Positions 27,658 through 35,413 of a stretch of DNA of 42,686 bases are shown here, piece by piece. Within the stretch, counting starts at the first letter, position 1; each line of letters starts with the position of its first letter. The stretch lies in the IMG/VR virus record IMGVR_UViG_3300043443_000105, positions 1-42,686 of that record; one strand, 5' to 3'. Under the pieces are notes generated by a model. That model made no database searches and was not told the DNA's origin. It saw only the letters and a program-made list of their open reading frames with translations. Position numbers and translations under genes: made by a program. Source of the DNA: a virus. Lineage: Duplodnaviria; Caudoviricetes.

Positions 27658-29211
27658 TTAATAATATCCTTTGAACCGTTTAGACTTAAATAGTCTGATT
27701 TCATCTGGCTCATCGTTAGGTAATTTAATAAACCCGCCTTGTCTAAAGCGCATTAGCGCCATCACCGTTGAGTCAACTAAGTCATCATGGCTCATAAACG
27801 GAAATCCTGCAATCTCTTCTACTACTTCTTCAGCCCAACGTGTCTCGGGCACCCATACTAGACCACTTTTAACAATATCAGCAACGGAATTGAGCCTAGC
27901 AAGCTTATCACCACTACCCCTATGGGGGGTGTACTCTATGACGGGCATCCCAGTACGCCGTAATTCTTGATATAACGCTGTACCAGCACTCTTTTTCTCC
28001 ACAATGAACGCATCAGGGTTCCATTCGTGCCACTCGCTCCACGCTAAATCCTTTAATTCTGGAAATTCTAATCTTTTCTTAATAGAATTCAACAAAATAA
28101 TGCTGTGGCAGTCCATTTCTTCGTTAAAAAACACCCCCCAAACCGTTATTGCAGTAAAGTCTGCCCTATTATGCGTCTCTGCAGCGGCGTCTAAGGACAT
28201 AATCACGTATTCGCAGGACGGCGGGGTTTCTTGCTTCCACCACTTCCACCATTCTCGCTTGACAACGCTAGCTTCTTCGGCTGTGGGGTTTTGCTGGTAC
28301 TGAGCGTTCCACTGGAACACAGGCATAGAAGCCTTAGTTTGACGCAAAGAGGCCAATGACAGCCATTCAGGCCACAAAGCTGCTTCTTGATCTGTTCCTT
28401 CATTAAAAATCGCTGGAAATTCGACAAGTTCATACTGGTCTGCCTCTTCGTTCTGGACCATATCACGGACAACCTTACCTGTTAGGTCATCTTGGTGCCA
28501 TCTAGTCTGTACGATAGCAACTCTTCCGCCTGGCATCAAGCGTGTTCTTGCTCCGTAGGTGAACCATTCATACGCTTTCTCGAATACATCGAAGTTCCCA
28601 TTGATGATGTCCTGCTCGTTATGGGGGTCGTCCACCAATAGTAGATCAGCTCCACGACCAGCAAGGGCAGAACCCACACCACAAGCAAAATACTCACCAC
28701 CAACATTAGTATTCCAACGCCCAGCAGACTTATTATCTTGCGCCAGACTGACAGTAGGAAAAATTTGTTTATATATGGGTGTGTCAATTAGGTTCCTCAC
28801 TTTCCGTCCAAAGTCCACAGCAAGATCGGTCGTGTGGGAGACCATTAAAACCTTTTTATCAGGGTATTTTCCAAGGAACCATGCAGGAAAATAGATAGAA
28901 ACAAGCTGGGATTTACCGTGCCGTGGGGGTATGTTGACCGCAATTCGGTTCTTTTTACCCTCAGCAATCTCCATAAGGAGGTTTGCCAACCTGCGGTGAT
29001 GCTCGCCAACTTTATAGTCTGACTGCATTATTTGACAAAACGCTATTAAATCTTCTCTAGCAGCCTTAGCCTCTTTGCGCCTGTTCATTTCATCAATAAC
29101 AAGCTCTGTTTCTTCAGCGTCTATCTCATCAAACTGGTCCAAATTGTCCAGTAAGAACTGTAATTCAGCGTCCGTTAGGTCTTCAAGCGGGTTTAGGGTC
29201 GCTGTCGTCAT
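27658..29211 (-). CDS. terL: terminase large subunit
   Basis: Walker A PPRHGKS, Walker B LLLVDDP, TRWH motif, and nuclease motifs SLD / HDDLVD. Confidence 0.95.
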   Translation of the reverse strand: MTTATLNPLEDLTDAELQFLLDNLDQFDEIDAEETELVIDEMNRRKEAKAAREDLIAFCQIMQSDYKVGEHHRRLANLLMEIAEGKKNRIAVNIPPRHGKSQLVSIYFPAWFLGKYPDKKVLMVSHTTDLAVDFGRKVRNLIDTPIYKQIFPTVSLAQDNKSAGRWNTNVGGEYFACGVGSALAGRGADLLLVDDPHNEQDIINGNFDVFEKAYEWFTYGARTRLMPGGRVAIVQTRWHQDDLTGKVVRDMVQNEEADQYELVEFPAIFNEGTDQEAALWPEWLSLASLRQTKASMPVFQWNAQYQQNPTAEEASVVKREWWKWWKQETPPSCEYVIMSLDAAAETHNRADFTAITVWGVFFNEEMDCHSIILLNSIKKRLEFPELKDLAWSEWHEWNPDAFIVEKKSAGTALYQELRRTGMPVIEYTPHRGSGDKLARLNSVADIVKSGLVWVPETRWAEEVVEEIAGFPFMSHDDLVDSTVMALMRFRQGGFIKLPNDEPDEIRLFKSKRFKGYY

Positions 29212-29851
29212 CTTTTTTTGTCTCGGCTGCGGTATTTTGGACTTCTTGGACTTCTTCTTTGTCCTCCTCTATACCCATTTCTTTGTCTACGTCGATAGTT
29301 TCCCCATTTATCTCTACCGCTTTTACGTCCTCTACCCCCTGTGGGTGCATGAGTTTTTGTATCTTAGAGCGCAAACTGTCCATCAGTTCTTTGTTTGACC
29401 GGTGGTTAATAGTAACCTCGGACTTCTCGGTAAATAAGCCTACATCGGTAATCTTACCCAGCAGTTCTAAGGCACGGATACGGATCTTGGCATCCTCATT
29501 AACAGACTCAAGTAGTAACTTATTTGTTACCAATAACCTAATCTGCAGTGCGTTATCTACTACCTTTGTGGAAAACTCTTTCAGAATGTCATTGACTGCG
29601 TAATATGTCGCAGGTTTTATGGTTGATGCTTTTTTCGTGGTTATTTTGGTATTTACTTTGTCTTCGTTCTTAGCGACTTCATAGACAATAGTCTCCGCTA
29701 CCGCCATGTCTTCATCGGTCGGGGTAGTATCAAGCTCCAGTAATTCTGCCGTGCGGCATGCCGCTTCAGCTCTTTCCCTGAAGTTTGCTAGCACCGGATT
29801 GTCTTCCGGGAACGGTATTGCCAAGTCTGGCTCTACATTTATTTGTTGCAT
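29183..29851 (-). CDS. terS: putative terminase small subunit
   Basis: Immediately upstream of and overlapping terL; IRIRALELLGK..VGLFTE motif. Confidence 0.7.
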   Translation of the reverse strand: MQQINVEPDLAIPFPEDNPVLANFRERAEAACRTAELLELDTTPTDEDMAVAETIVYEVAKNEDKVNTKITTKKASTIKPATYYAVNDILKEFSTKVVDNALQIRLLVTNKLLLESVNEDAKIRIRALELLGKITDVGLFTEKSEVTINHRSNKELMDSLRSKIQKLMHPQGVEDVKAVEINGETIDVDKEMGIEEDKEEVQEVQNTAAETKKDDDSDPKPA

Positions 29852-29899
29852 CAATTCCTGTCCGAATTAGATGTTGTTAGGCGAAGTATATATTAAAAA

Positions 29900-29972
29900 T
29901 TGGTGAGAAGGGTGAAGACCGTATGTATGTGAAGCATGCCGGCAATCCCTTGCAAGATTTACCCTCACCCAA
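29900..29972 (-). ncRNA. putative structured RNA (three-way junction) upstream of terS
   Basis: Closing stem GGUGAG-GGU/ACC-CUU-CUCACC, hairpin AAUCUU-GCAA-GGGAUU (GNRA loop) and stem GCCG/CGGU. Confidence 0.45.
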
Positions 29973-29979
29973 CCCGTAG

Positions 29980-30017
29980 AAAAGAAAGGAGGGAAGCCCC
30001 GGTAGAAGACTTCCCCC
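29980..30017 (-). terminator. Rho-independent terminator in the late leader
   Basis: GGGGGAAGUCUU-CUACC-GGGGCUUCCCUC followed by CUUUCUUUU. The G-U pairs work only on the minus strand. Confidence 0.7.
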
Positions 30018-30064
30018 TAAGTACCACTTAACAAGGAAACGGCAATGAACAAGCCGTATAGACA

Positions 30065-30190
30065 GTATATAACAATTTTTTAGGCTAGGTACTTAAAAAA
30101 CATGACGGGGGGTGTTTCTACATGGCGCCGATTTTTGTCTGGAAAAAACTTGTATGGGGGGTGGTATATATTTTTTGGGCTAGGTACTTA
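30065..30190 (-). promoter_or_regulatory. tandem putative leftward (late) promoters
   Basis: 20-bp repeat TTTTTT(A/G)GGCTAGGTACTTA at 30076 and 30171, each next to GTATATA (minus-strand TATATAC). A third GTATATA is at 29886. Confidence 0.5.
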
Positions 30191-30323
30191 GGCAATGTAC
30201 CGGGGGCCAATTTGAAAAAGTGAGCTATGAGGATGCGGAATAGCAAACCACAAGCCGACGGAGAGGCTCAATACAATTTTGGGGGGTGGGGTGTCGCTAA
30301 ATCGCTAGGCAAAATCGGCTTTG

Positions 30324-30339
30324 CGTCTAACGTTAGACG
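30324..30339. promoter_or_regulatory. palindrome CGTCTAACGTTAGACG, copy 1
   Basis: Perfect 16-bp palindrome. Confidence 0.9.
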
Positions 30340-30349
30340 AAATTATCTA

Positions 30350-30379
30350 TTGTCAAACACTATCAAATTCTATTAAACT
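30350..30379 (+). promoter_or_regulatory. putative sigma70 promoter
   Basis: TTGTCA-18-TAAACT upstream of the first early gene. Confidence 0.45.
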
Positions 30380-30432
30380 TTAGTTAATGGTTCGGGGCGC
30401 TTTGCTTACGACATTATTTGAAAGGTATCAAA

Positions 30433-31026
30433 ATGAAAAACGTTAAATCTGCTGTATCTGCTATCAGTCAAGTTAGCAAAACCCTTGCTAATACTGAGCC
30501 AGTCGCTAACCCTTATGCTTTGAATAGCGAAGTAATCAATTCTATTCAGACATGGTCTGGTCTTAGCAAACAAGCCAGCGAGGCGGGTGATCGCTTAGTT
30601 GACGTGCTGATTGCTAATAAGGTTAAGCCTACTCAATTCGTCGCTTTCAATGAGAGCGAAGATAAACAAGGCATGCGCTTTAGAGATGAAGTATTCAGCC
30701 ACATTGTTAAGGGTTGGGGCGATAAGGTCGCTGAGAAATTGGTTTACGCTGATCCTAAGACATTATCAGTAAGCGAGCAGGCTCAACAGGTTGTTTTGCG
30801 TGATATGGCTCGCAAGGCTTACAACAATCTCAAGGCTCAGTTAATCCGTCGCATTGAAAAGGGTGATAAGGTAAGCAAATCAGCACCCGCAAGCAAATCG
30901 ATATTGGCTCAACGTGCCGTTAAGCAAGCCATTAAGTATCTTGAAGAAAACAAGTCAGGATATGCTGGCATGCCTGAAGATATTAAGGCTCTCAAGGGCT
31001 TAGTAGTTCTTAAGGTTATCAAGTAA
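30433..31026 (+). CDS. hypothetical first early protein
   Basis: ATG after AAAGGT; about 197 aa, helical; followed by a terminator. Confidence 0.75.
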   Translation: MKNVKSAVSAISQVSKTLANTEPVANPYALNSEVINSIQTWSGLSKQASEAGDRLVDVLIANKVKPTQFVAFNESEDKQGMRFRDEVFSHIVKGWGDKVAEKLVYADPKTLSVSEQAQQVVLRDMARKAYNNLKAQLIRRIEKGDKVSKSAPASKSILAQRAVKQAIKYLEENKSGYAGMPEDIKALKGLVVLKVIK

Positions 31027-31033
31027 TCATTAT

Positions 31034-31060
31034 GCCCCCCGATTTGGGGGGCTTTTTTTT
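31034..31060 (+). terminator. Rho-independent terminator
   Basis: GCCCCCC-GATTT-GGGGGGC followed by T8. Confidence 0.9.
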
Positions 31061-31070
31061 CGGGGGTTTT

Positions 31071-31214
31071 ATGGTTATCAAACGTAAATCAATGCTTTAT
31101 AAGTTACTTAATGCTTTACCTTATCGTTTTTGCTTTTACCAAATCTGGAATGTTAGAGTAGGTAATGACCTAACATCTTATGCCAAGATTACTTTTGGCT
31201 TTCCCTCGTATTAA
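31071..31214 (+). CDS. small hypothetical protein (47 aa)
   Basis: ATG after GGGGGT; lies between two terminators. Confidence 0.45.
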   Translation: MVIKRKSMLYKLLNALPYRFCFYQIWNVRVGNDLTSYAKITFGFPSY

Positions 31215-31217
31215 CTT

Positions 31218-31243
31218 AACCCGCCTTTTGGCGGGTTTTTTTT
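31218..31243 (+). terminator. Rho-independent terminator
   Basis: AACCCGCC-TTTT-GGCGGGTT followed by a T tract. Confidence 0.9.
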
Positions 31244-31257
31244 CGTCTAAATTTTTT

Positions 31258-31386
31258 ATGATGCCAGTGACTAGGAGAAGCGGATCGTTGTGCGGTTCGC
31301 CGTGCGGTAAATTCGGCTTAACAACTTATTCCTATGTTTGCGTCTAACGTTAGACGAAATGATGCCAGTGACTAGGAGAAGCGGAT
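31258..31386 (+). repeat. 28-bp perfect direct repeat, 2 copies
   Basis: ATGATGCCAGTGACTAGGAGAAGCGGAT at 31258-31285 and 31359-31386. Confidence 0.9.
31341..31356. promoter_or_regulatory. palindrome copy 2
   Basis: CGTCTAACGTTAGACG. Confidence 0.9.
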
Positions 31387-31415
31387 AGCGACGGGTTAAA
31401 TTTGTTTTGTTTTTG

Positions 31416-31439
31416 TTTTAACCTGCTAGCAGGTTAAAA
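31416..31439. repeat. perfect 24-bp palindrome
   Basis: TTTTAACCTGCTAGCAGGTTAAAA. Confidence 0.9.
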
Positions 31440-31490
31440 GTATTTTCTGAGTTTGTCAAGGCATATTTGCATAGGGGTTTACCCTGCTAT

Positions 31491-31734
31491 TGTTCCGAAT
31501 GTTCCGTAATGTTCTGCCCTATTGTTCCTATTGATCCTATTGATTTATAAGGAAAAAGTTGTATTGTTCCTTTTGTTCCGCCAATTTTAGAGTATGAATC
31601 CAAAAACATACCAAAATCTCTTCTGCAAGGGACTGAGGGAATCTCTCGCAGGGTCGCTTCATAATCTCTATCAACTACTCCATATGGAACAATACTTATA
31701 TATCAATAACTTACAAAGGAACAATACAAGAACA
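31491..31734. other. putative replication origin (inverted TGTTCC/GGAACA iterons, IHF-like site)
   Basis: TGTTCC at 31491, 31500, 31523, 31565 and 31574; GGAACA at 31686 and 31718; TATCAATAACTTA at 31701. Confidence 0.45.
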
Positions 31735-31797
31735 AATAAAGACATTATAGACACTACACTCTTTAATAGAGTCTGATACTCTTTGATAGCCAAAACC

Positions 31798-31850
31798 TTG
31801 ACCTTGGGGTCTATATCGCTTAAAATATATATAGTGGTAAAAAAGTTGTA
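31798..31850 (+). promoter_or_regulatory. sigma70 early promoter with conserved downstream element
   Basis: TTGACC-17-TAAAAT, then ATATATAGTGGTAAAAAAGTTGTA. Confidence 0.75.
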
Positions 31851-31875
31851 GCGCAGGTGGCAGTTCCAAACCTTG

Positions 31876-31891
31876 CGTCTAACGTTAGACG
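31876..31891. promoter_or_regulatory. palindrome copy 3
   Basis: CGTCTAACGTTAGACG. Confidence 0.9.
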
Positions 31892-31945
31892 AATTTACCA
31901 CTTGACGTAGATTTACCCACTTAACATCTTAACAGGAGAATTACT

Positions 31946-32140
31946 ATGGCATCAGTACGCATTCTTAACCCAATGGTTTACGGCAAGATCAAACTACTAG
32001 CACCAATCGTTAACCCCGATACTCATAGAGTCATGTACGACACTAACGCTATTTTGTCGTGGAACGATTTTGTCAAATTGCTTTCGCTTGGCATTGAGAA
32101 GATCGACATTGAACCTGCACAGGAGGGGGTGACAGTATGA
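31946..32140 (+). CDS. hypothetical protein
   Basis: 64 aa; TTAACAGGAGAA RBS. Confidence 0.7.
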   Translation: MASVRILNPMVYGKIKLLAPIVNPDTHRVMYDTNAILSWNDFVKLLSLGIEKIDIEPAQEGVTV

Positions 32141-32349
32141 CCAAATTCATACCACGTTGTAAGTTGTGTGGTGAACCATATGACGTAGCCCGTATGAAGT
32201 TGGGTTATGCCATATGTATGCCATGCGGTGAGGAGGTAGCCAAGGAACGTAAGTTCACCATAGCACCAATGCACAAAAGCAATTACGTGGCGATCTTTGA
32301 TCGCTCGGATCTAGTCGGGTTGAACAACAAGGGAGGGTTAGTTAAATGA
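32137..32349 (+). CDS. DksA/TraR-type C4 zinc-finger protein
   Basis: CKLCGEPYDVARMKLGYAICMPC. Confidence 0.6.
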   Translation: MTKFIPRCKLCGEPYDVARMKLGYAICMPCGEEVAKERKFTIAPMHKSNYVAIFDRSDLVGLNNKGGLVK

Positions 32350-32492
32350 TGACCGAAAAAGAAGTACAGGCATTGATAAGCCTGTTGTTGTACATAGACA
32401 ACGATGGGTGGAAGTACAGGGATTCGGACAGATTGGTTGAGATCCTGTCTGATTATGTTAAAGGGTTGTATTCAACGGGGAACATCAAATGA
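32346..32492 (+). CDS. small hypothetical protein (48 aa)
   Basis: Hand-translated MMTEKEVQALISLLLYID...; ATGA overlaps at both ends. Confidence 0.55.
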   Translation: MMTEKEVQALISLLLYIDNDGWKYRDSDRLVEILSDYVKGLYSTGNIK

Positions 32493-32704
32493 GCAAAAGC
32501 AAAGTGAAAACCATGTCAGGTGAGGACACCTTATTCATGCTTGAGGCAATCCTAGCGGTTGCGGGTACAGACGAGACCAAGGCGCAGTTCATGCTTGACC
32601 CTCGGAAGTCAGCACGTCTCATCATGATTAGGCAGTTATACGGCAAAGATGTTATGGAACAAACCATTGATAAGTTAAAGGAGGTTGTATATGAGCAAGA
32701 CTAA
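32489..32704 (+). CDS. hypothetical protein
   Basis: 71 aa, translationally coupled. Confidence 0.6.
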   Translation: MSKSKVKTMSGEDTLFMLEAILAVAGTDETKAQFMLDPRKSARLIMIRQLYGKDVMEQTIDKLKEVVYEQD

Positions 32705-32978
32705 AGATACTAGACCCGTAATTAAAACGGGGATCGTAGTAGAAGGGGTAGACATGCGGACTTATCGCAGTACGGAGAATCCTCGCCATGTAGCGGGGGT
32801 GACGTATCGCTCGGTCAACGAAGCATTCAAGGGTTGGGAGTATGCCTGTGCGATAGAGAAGCACAAGTCAGATCTCAGGCACGGACTCGAATGGTTCAGC
32901 GAGTTGTTTATGTTTTTCTTTTGGATTGGTGCGGGTTTATCTTTGCCAATTTTGTTTGTGCTGTGGTTGTTTAGATAA
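32691..32978 (+). CDS. hypothetical membrane protein
   Basis: AGGAGG RBS; C-terminal TM helix. Confidence 0.65.
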   Translation: MSKTKDTRPVIKTGIVVEGVDMRTYRSTENPRHVAGVTYRSVNEAFKGWEYACAIEKHKSDLRHGLEWFSELFMFFFWIGAGLSLPILFVLWLFR

Positions 32979-32987
32979 GGGGGGATC

Positions 32988-33140
32988 GTGAATACAGGAC
33001 AGATCAAACGCATAGGAAAAAGAACTTACTGTGTGGTTGCTTGGACGAACACGGATGTAACCCTGCAAAGTATGGACGAGGAGAAGTTAATCCTAGTCAT
33101 ACCACGTACTCGCATGGGTGGTCTGAAAACTGGACAGTAG
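32988..33140 (+). CDS. small hypothetical protein (50 aa)
   Basis: GTG after AAGGGGGG; hand-translated. Confidence 0.5.
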   Translation: MNTGQIKRIGKRTYCVVAWTNTDVTLQSMDEEKLILVIPRTRMGGLKTGQ

Positions 33141-33185
33141 TGGTAAACTTTAGTAAAATATAATATATAGTGGTAAGAAGTTGTA
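33131..33185 (+). promoter_or_regulatory. sigma70 early promoter with conserved downstream element
   Basis: TGGACA-17-TAAAAT, then ATATATAGTGGTAAGAAGTTGTA. Confidence 0.7.
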
Positions 33186-33223
33186 AGGCGTAGTAAATGT
33201 CATTAACTTAACAGGAGAAAAAC

Positions 33224-34135
33224 ATGACAACAAGTAATCAAGAAGTTGCGTCTAACGTTAGCCGAGAGTTCCACGTTGACGTGGGTAGCGTACCCAGTAT
33301 CAGCAGTAGTGCCATGCTCGTGGAGTTGAACATCAGCACATGGACAGGGCGCAAGTTTGACAAACAAGTTAGTGCCGAGATCGACGTGCAGAAGAATACC
33401 CAGACTAGGGCGGGTAACTATCACAAGAAGTTGTTTGCAGACGAACCGCAGTTTGAGGCAATAGCCAAGTATGCGGGTAATGCACGGACATACCACTACT
33501 ATGCCACGATGCCATGGTCGGACTCAGGGCTTAGGTTGTTAACCACTGCTATGTACTTTGACTATCAGAAACGGGTCACGGACATTGAGCAGGAGTTCAC
33601 CAAGTTAGTGGGTGAATTCATTGGGGACTATGACAACATGGTGGCAAGAGCGCAGGGTAAATTGGGTGCGTTGTTCAATGCCGAGGACTATCCGAGCAAG
33701 GACGAGATCTTGGAGAAGTACAAGTTTTCAGTCAAGTATTCGCCTGTACCCTCGGTAGGAGATTGGCGAGTCGACATTGGGAATGACGCACAGCAACAAC
33801 TTAACATGAGTTATGCCAAGGCATATGTGGATAACCTACAACAAGCGTTGGCTGAACCATGGGAACGCATGCACGAGGCGCTTAAGAACATGAGCGAGAG
33901 ACTAGCGGGTGAGAAGAAGCAGATCTTCCGAGACTCTTTGGTCACAAACGTCATGGACATGTGCAAGTTATTGGACAAGTTCAATGTGACAGGCGATGCC
34001 CGCATGAAGCAAGCACGTCTACGCATAGAGAACATCTTGATGGGAGTCACCCCCGATGCACTACGGGAGGACGACGACTTACGTCACGATACCAAGAGCA
34101 AGGTAGATGCACTGCTCAAAGAGATGTCATGGTAA
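33224..34135 (+). CDS. DUF3150-like protein
   Basis: SAMLVELNISTWTGRKFD..TMPWSDSGLRLL..LFNAEDYP, next to AAA and vWA genes. Family recalled, not searched. Confidence 0.55.
   Translation: MTTSNQEVASNVSREFHVDVGSVPSISSSAMLVELNISTWTGRKFDKQVSAEIDVQKNTQTRAGNYHKKLFADEPQFEAIAKYAGNARTYHYYATMPWSDSGLRLLTTAMYFDYQKRVTDIEQEFTKLVGEFIGDYDNMVARAQGKLGALFNAEDYPSKDEILEKYKFSVKYSPVPSVGDWRVDIGNDAQQQLNMSYAKAYVDNLQQALAEPWERMHEALKNMSERLAGEKKQIFRDSLVTNVMDMCKLLDKFNVTGDARMKQARLRIENILMGVTPDALREDDDLRHDTKSKVDALLKEMSW
33249..33264. promoter_or_regulatory. palindrome copy 4 (1 mismatch, intragenic)
   Basis: CGTCTAACGTTAGCCG. Confidence 0.8.
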
Positions 34136-34137
34136 TC

Positions 34138-34153
34138 CGTCTAACGTTAGACA
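34138..34153. promoter_or_regulatory. palindrome copy 5
   Basis: CGTCTAACGTTAGACA, intergenic. Confidence 0.85.
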
Positions 34154-34177
34154 CAACTTTTTAACAGGAGAAACAAA

Positions 34178-35290
34178 ATGAAACAAACCGCAGATCAATT
34201 ATTTTCACAATCCCTTGACGAGGTAGTCGAGTCGATTCTAGCGAATCCCGATGGTACTGTATTGGTACAGGGTCACATGGGTACAGGTAAATCTTCTATC
34301 CTTAAGATCTTGGCAGAGAAACTGCCCGATCATGTGCCGTGCTACTTTGACTGTACTACCAAGGACTTGGGCGATCTCATGCTACCTAAGATCCTACGGG
34401 ACGACAGTACCCAAGACTACGTTAAGTTTGTACCTAACGAGGAGATGGGTCTCCACCATGGCAAGCCAATCATCTTAATGATTGACGAGTTTGGTAAGGC
34501 GAATCCCGCAGTCAAGAACGGCATGATGCGTGTGATGCTCGAACGTGCCTTTGGTACAGACAAGATACCCAAGGGGTCTATCATATTTGCCACCACTAAT
34601 CTTGGTGGTGAGGGTGTTGGTGACTTACTCATGCCACATCACCGCAATCGTATTACTGTGGTGCGTATGAAGAAACCTACGGCAGTAGATTGGATAGAGG
34701 GGTATGCCTTCAACGCAGGGATACATCCTGCCATGATCTTATGGGTCAAGGAGGAGGGTGCGAGATTGTTCCAGTCGTATGAAGAGGTGGACAATCCTGA
34801 CGATCAGGTATCGGGTAATCCGTATATCTATCATCCCAAGTCGCAGAGACCTGCCTTTGTTACCCCAAGATCTTTGGAGTTGGCAAGTCGTTGGCTATGG
34901 GCTAAGGACAAGATCAGCGACAACGCATTGAAGTCTAACCTGATGGGTACTATCGGGGATCGTGCGGGTGCAGACCTTGGCGCATACATCAAACTTGTTG
35001 ACGAGTTACCCAAGCAAGACGAGATCAAGGCAGATCCTAAATCAGCCAAGATTCCTACAACATCTTCAGCCGTTGTGATGGTGGTGTATCGTGCCTTGGC
35101 TACCATGAGCAAGGAGTTTGTTGACCCATGGATGGAGTATCTGAACCGCTTGGACAAGGAGGCGCAGTCATTGTTTGCTATGCAGGTGCGCAATCCCAAG
35201 TACAACAAGCAAGGTGTTGTCATGACCAATAAGAAGTTTACACAATGGTGTATGGACAACAACTTCATGTTCAGCGCAGATAAGAAGTAA
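34178..35290 (+). CDS. AAA+ ATPase (MoxR/dynein-related clade)
   Basis: Walker A GHMGTGKS, Walker B ILMIDEFG, ATTN sensor 1 and TPRS sensor 2. Confidence 0.85.
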   Translation: MKQTADQLFSQSLDEVVESILANPDGTVLVQGHMGTGKSSILKILAEKLPDHVPCYFDCTTKDLGDLMLPKILRDDSTQDYVKFVPNEEMGLHHGKPIILMIDEFGKANPAVKNGMMRVMLERAFGTDKIPKGSIIFATTNLGGEGVGDLLMPHHRNRITVVRMKKPTAVDWIEGYAFNAGIHPAMILWVKEEGARLFQSYEEVDNPDDQVSGNPYIYHPKSQRPAFVTPRSLELASRWLWAKDKISDNALKSNLMGTIGDRAGADLGAYIKLVDELPKQDEIKADPKSAKIPTTSSAVVMVVYRALATMSKEFVDPWMEYLNRLDKEAQSLFAMQVRNPKYNKQGVVMTNKKFTQWCMDNNFMFSADKK

Positions 35291-35299
35291 GGGGGAGAT

Positions 35300-35413
35300 A
35301 TGTGCGACTTTGATTATTTGAAGTTCGGGTTATTTCTAATCGTGGTAGTGCCTGTATTGTCCATGACTTTTTTATTGGTATATGCGGGTTGGAAAATTAT
35401 AAGGAGTGAATGA
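35300..35413 (+). CDS. small membrane peptide (37 aa)
   Basis: GGGGGAG RBS; MCDFDYLKFGLFLIVVVPVLSMTFLLVYAGWKIIRSE. Confidence 0.5.
   Translation: MCDFDYLKFGLFLIVVVPVLSMTFLLVYAGWKIIRSE

Noticed and set aside
31258-31386. Mini-CRISPR interpretation of the 28-bp repeats
   Set aside because: Only two copies, a 73-bp spacer containing the phage's own palindrome, and no cas genes in the window.
31594-31901. Short ORFs across the iteron/promoter region
   Set aside because: No convincing RBS; they overlap repeats and promoter elements.
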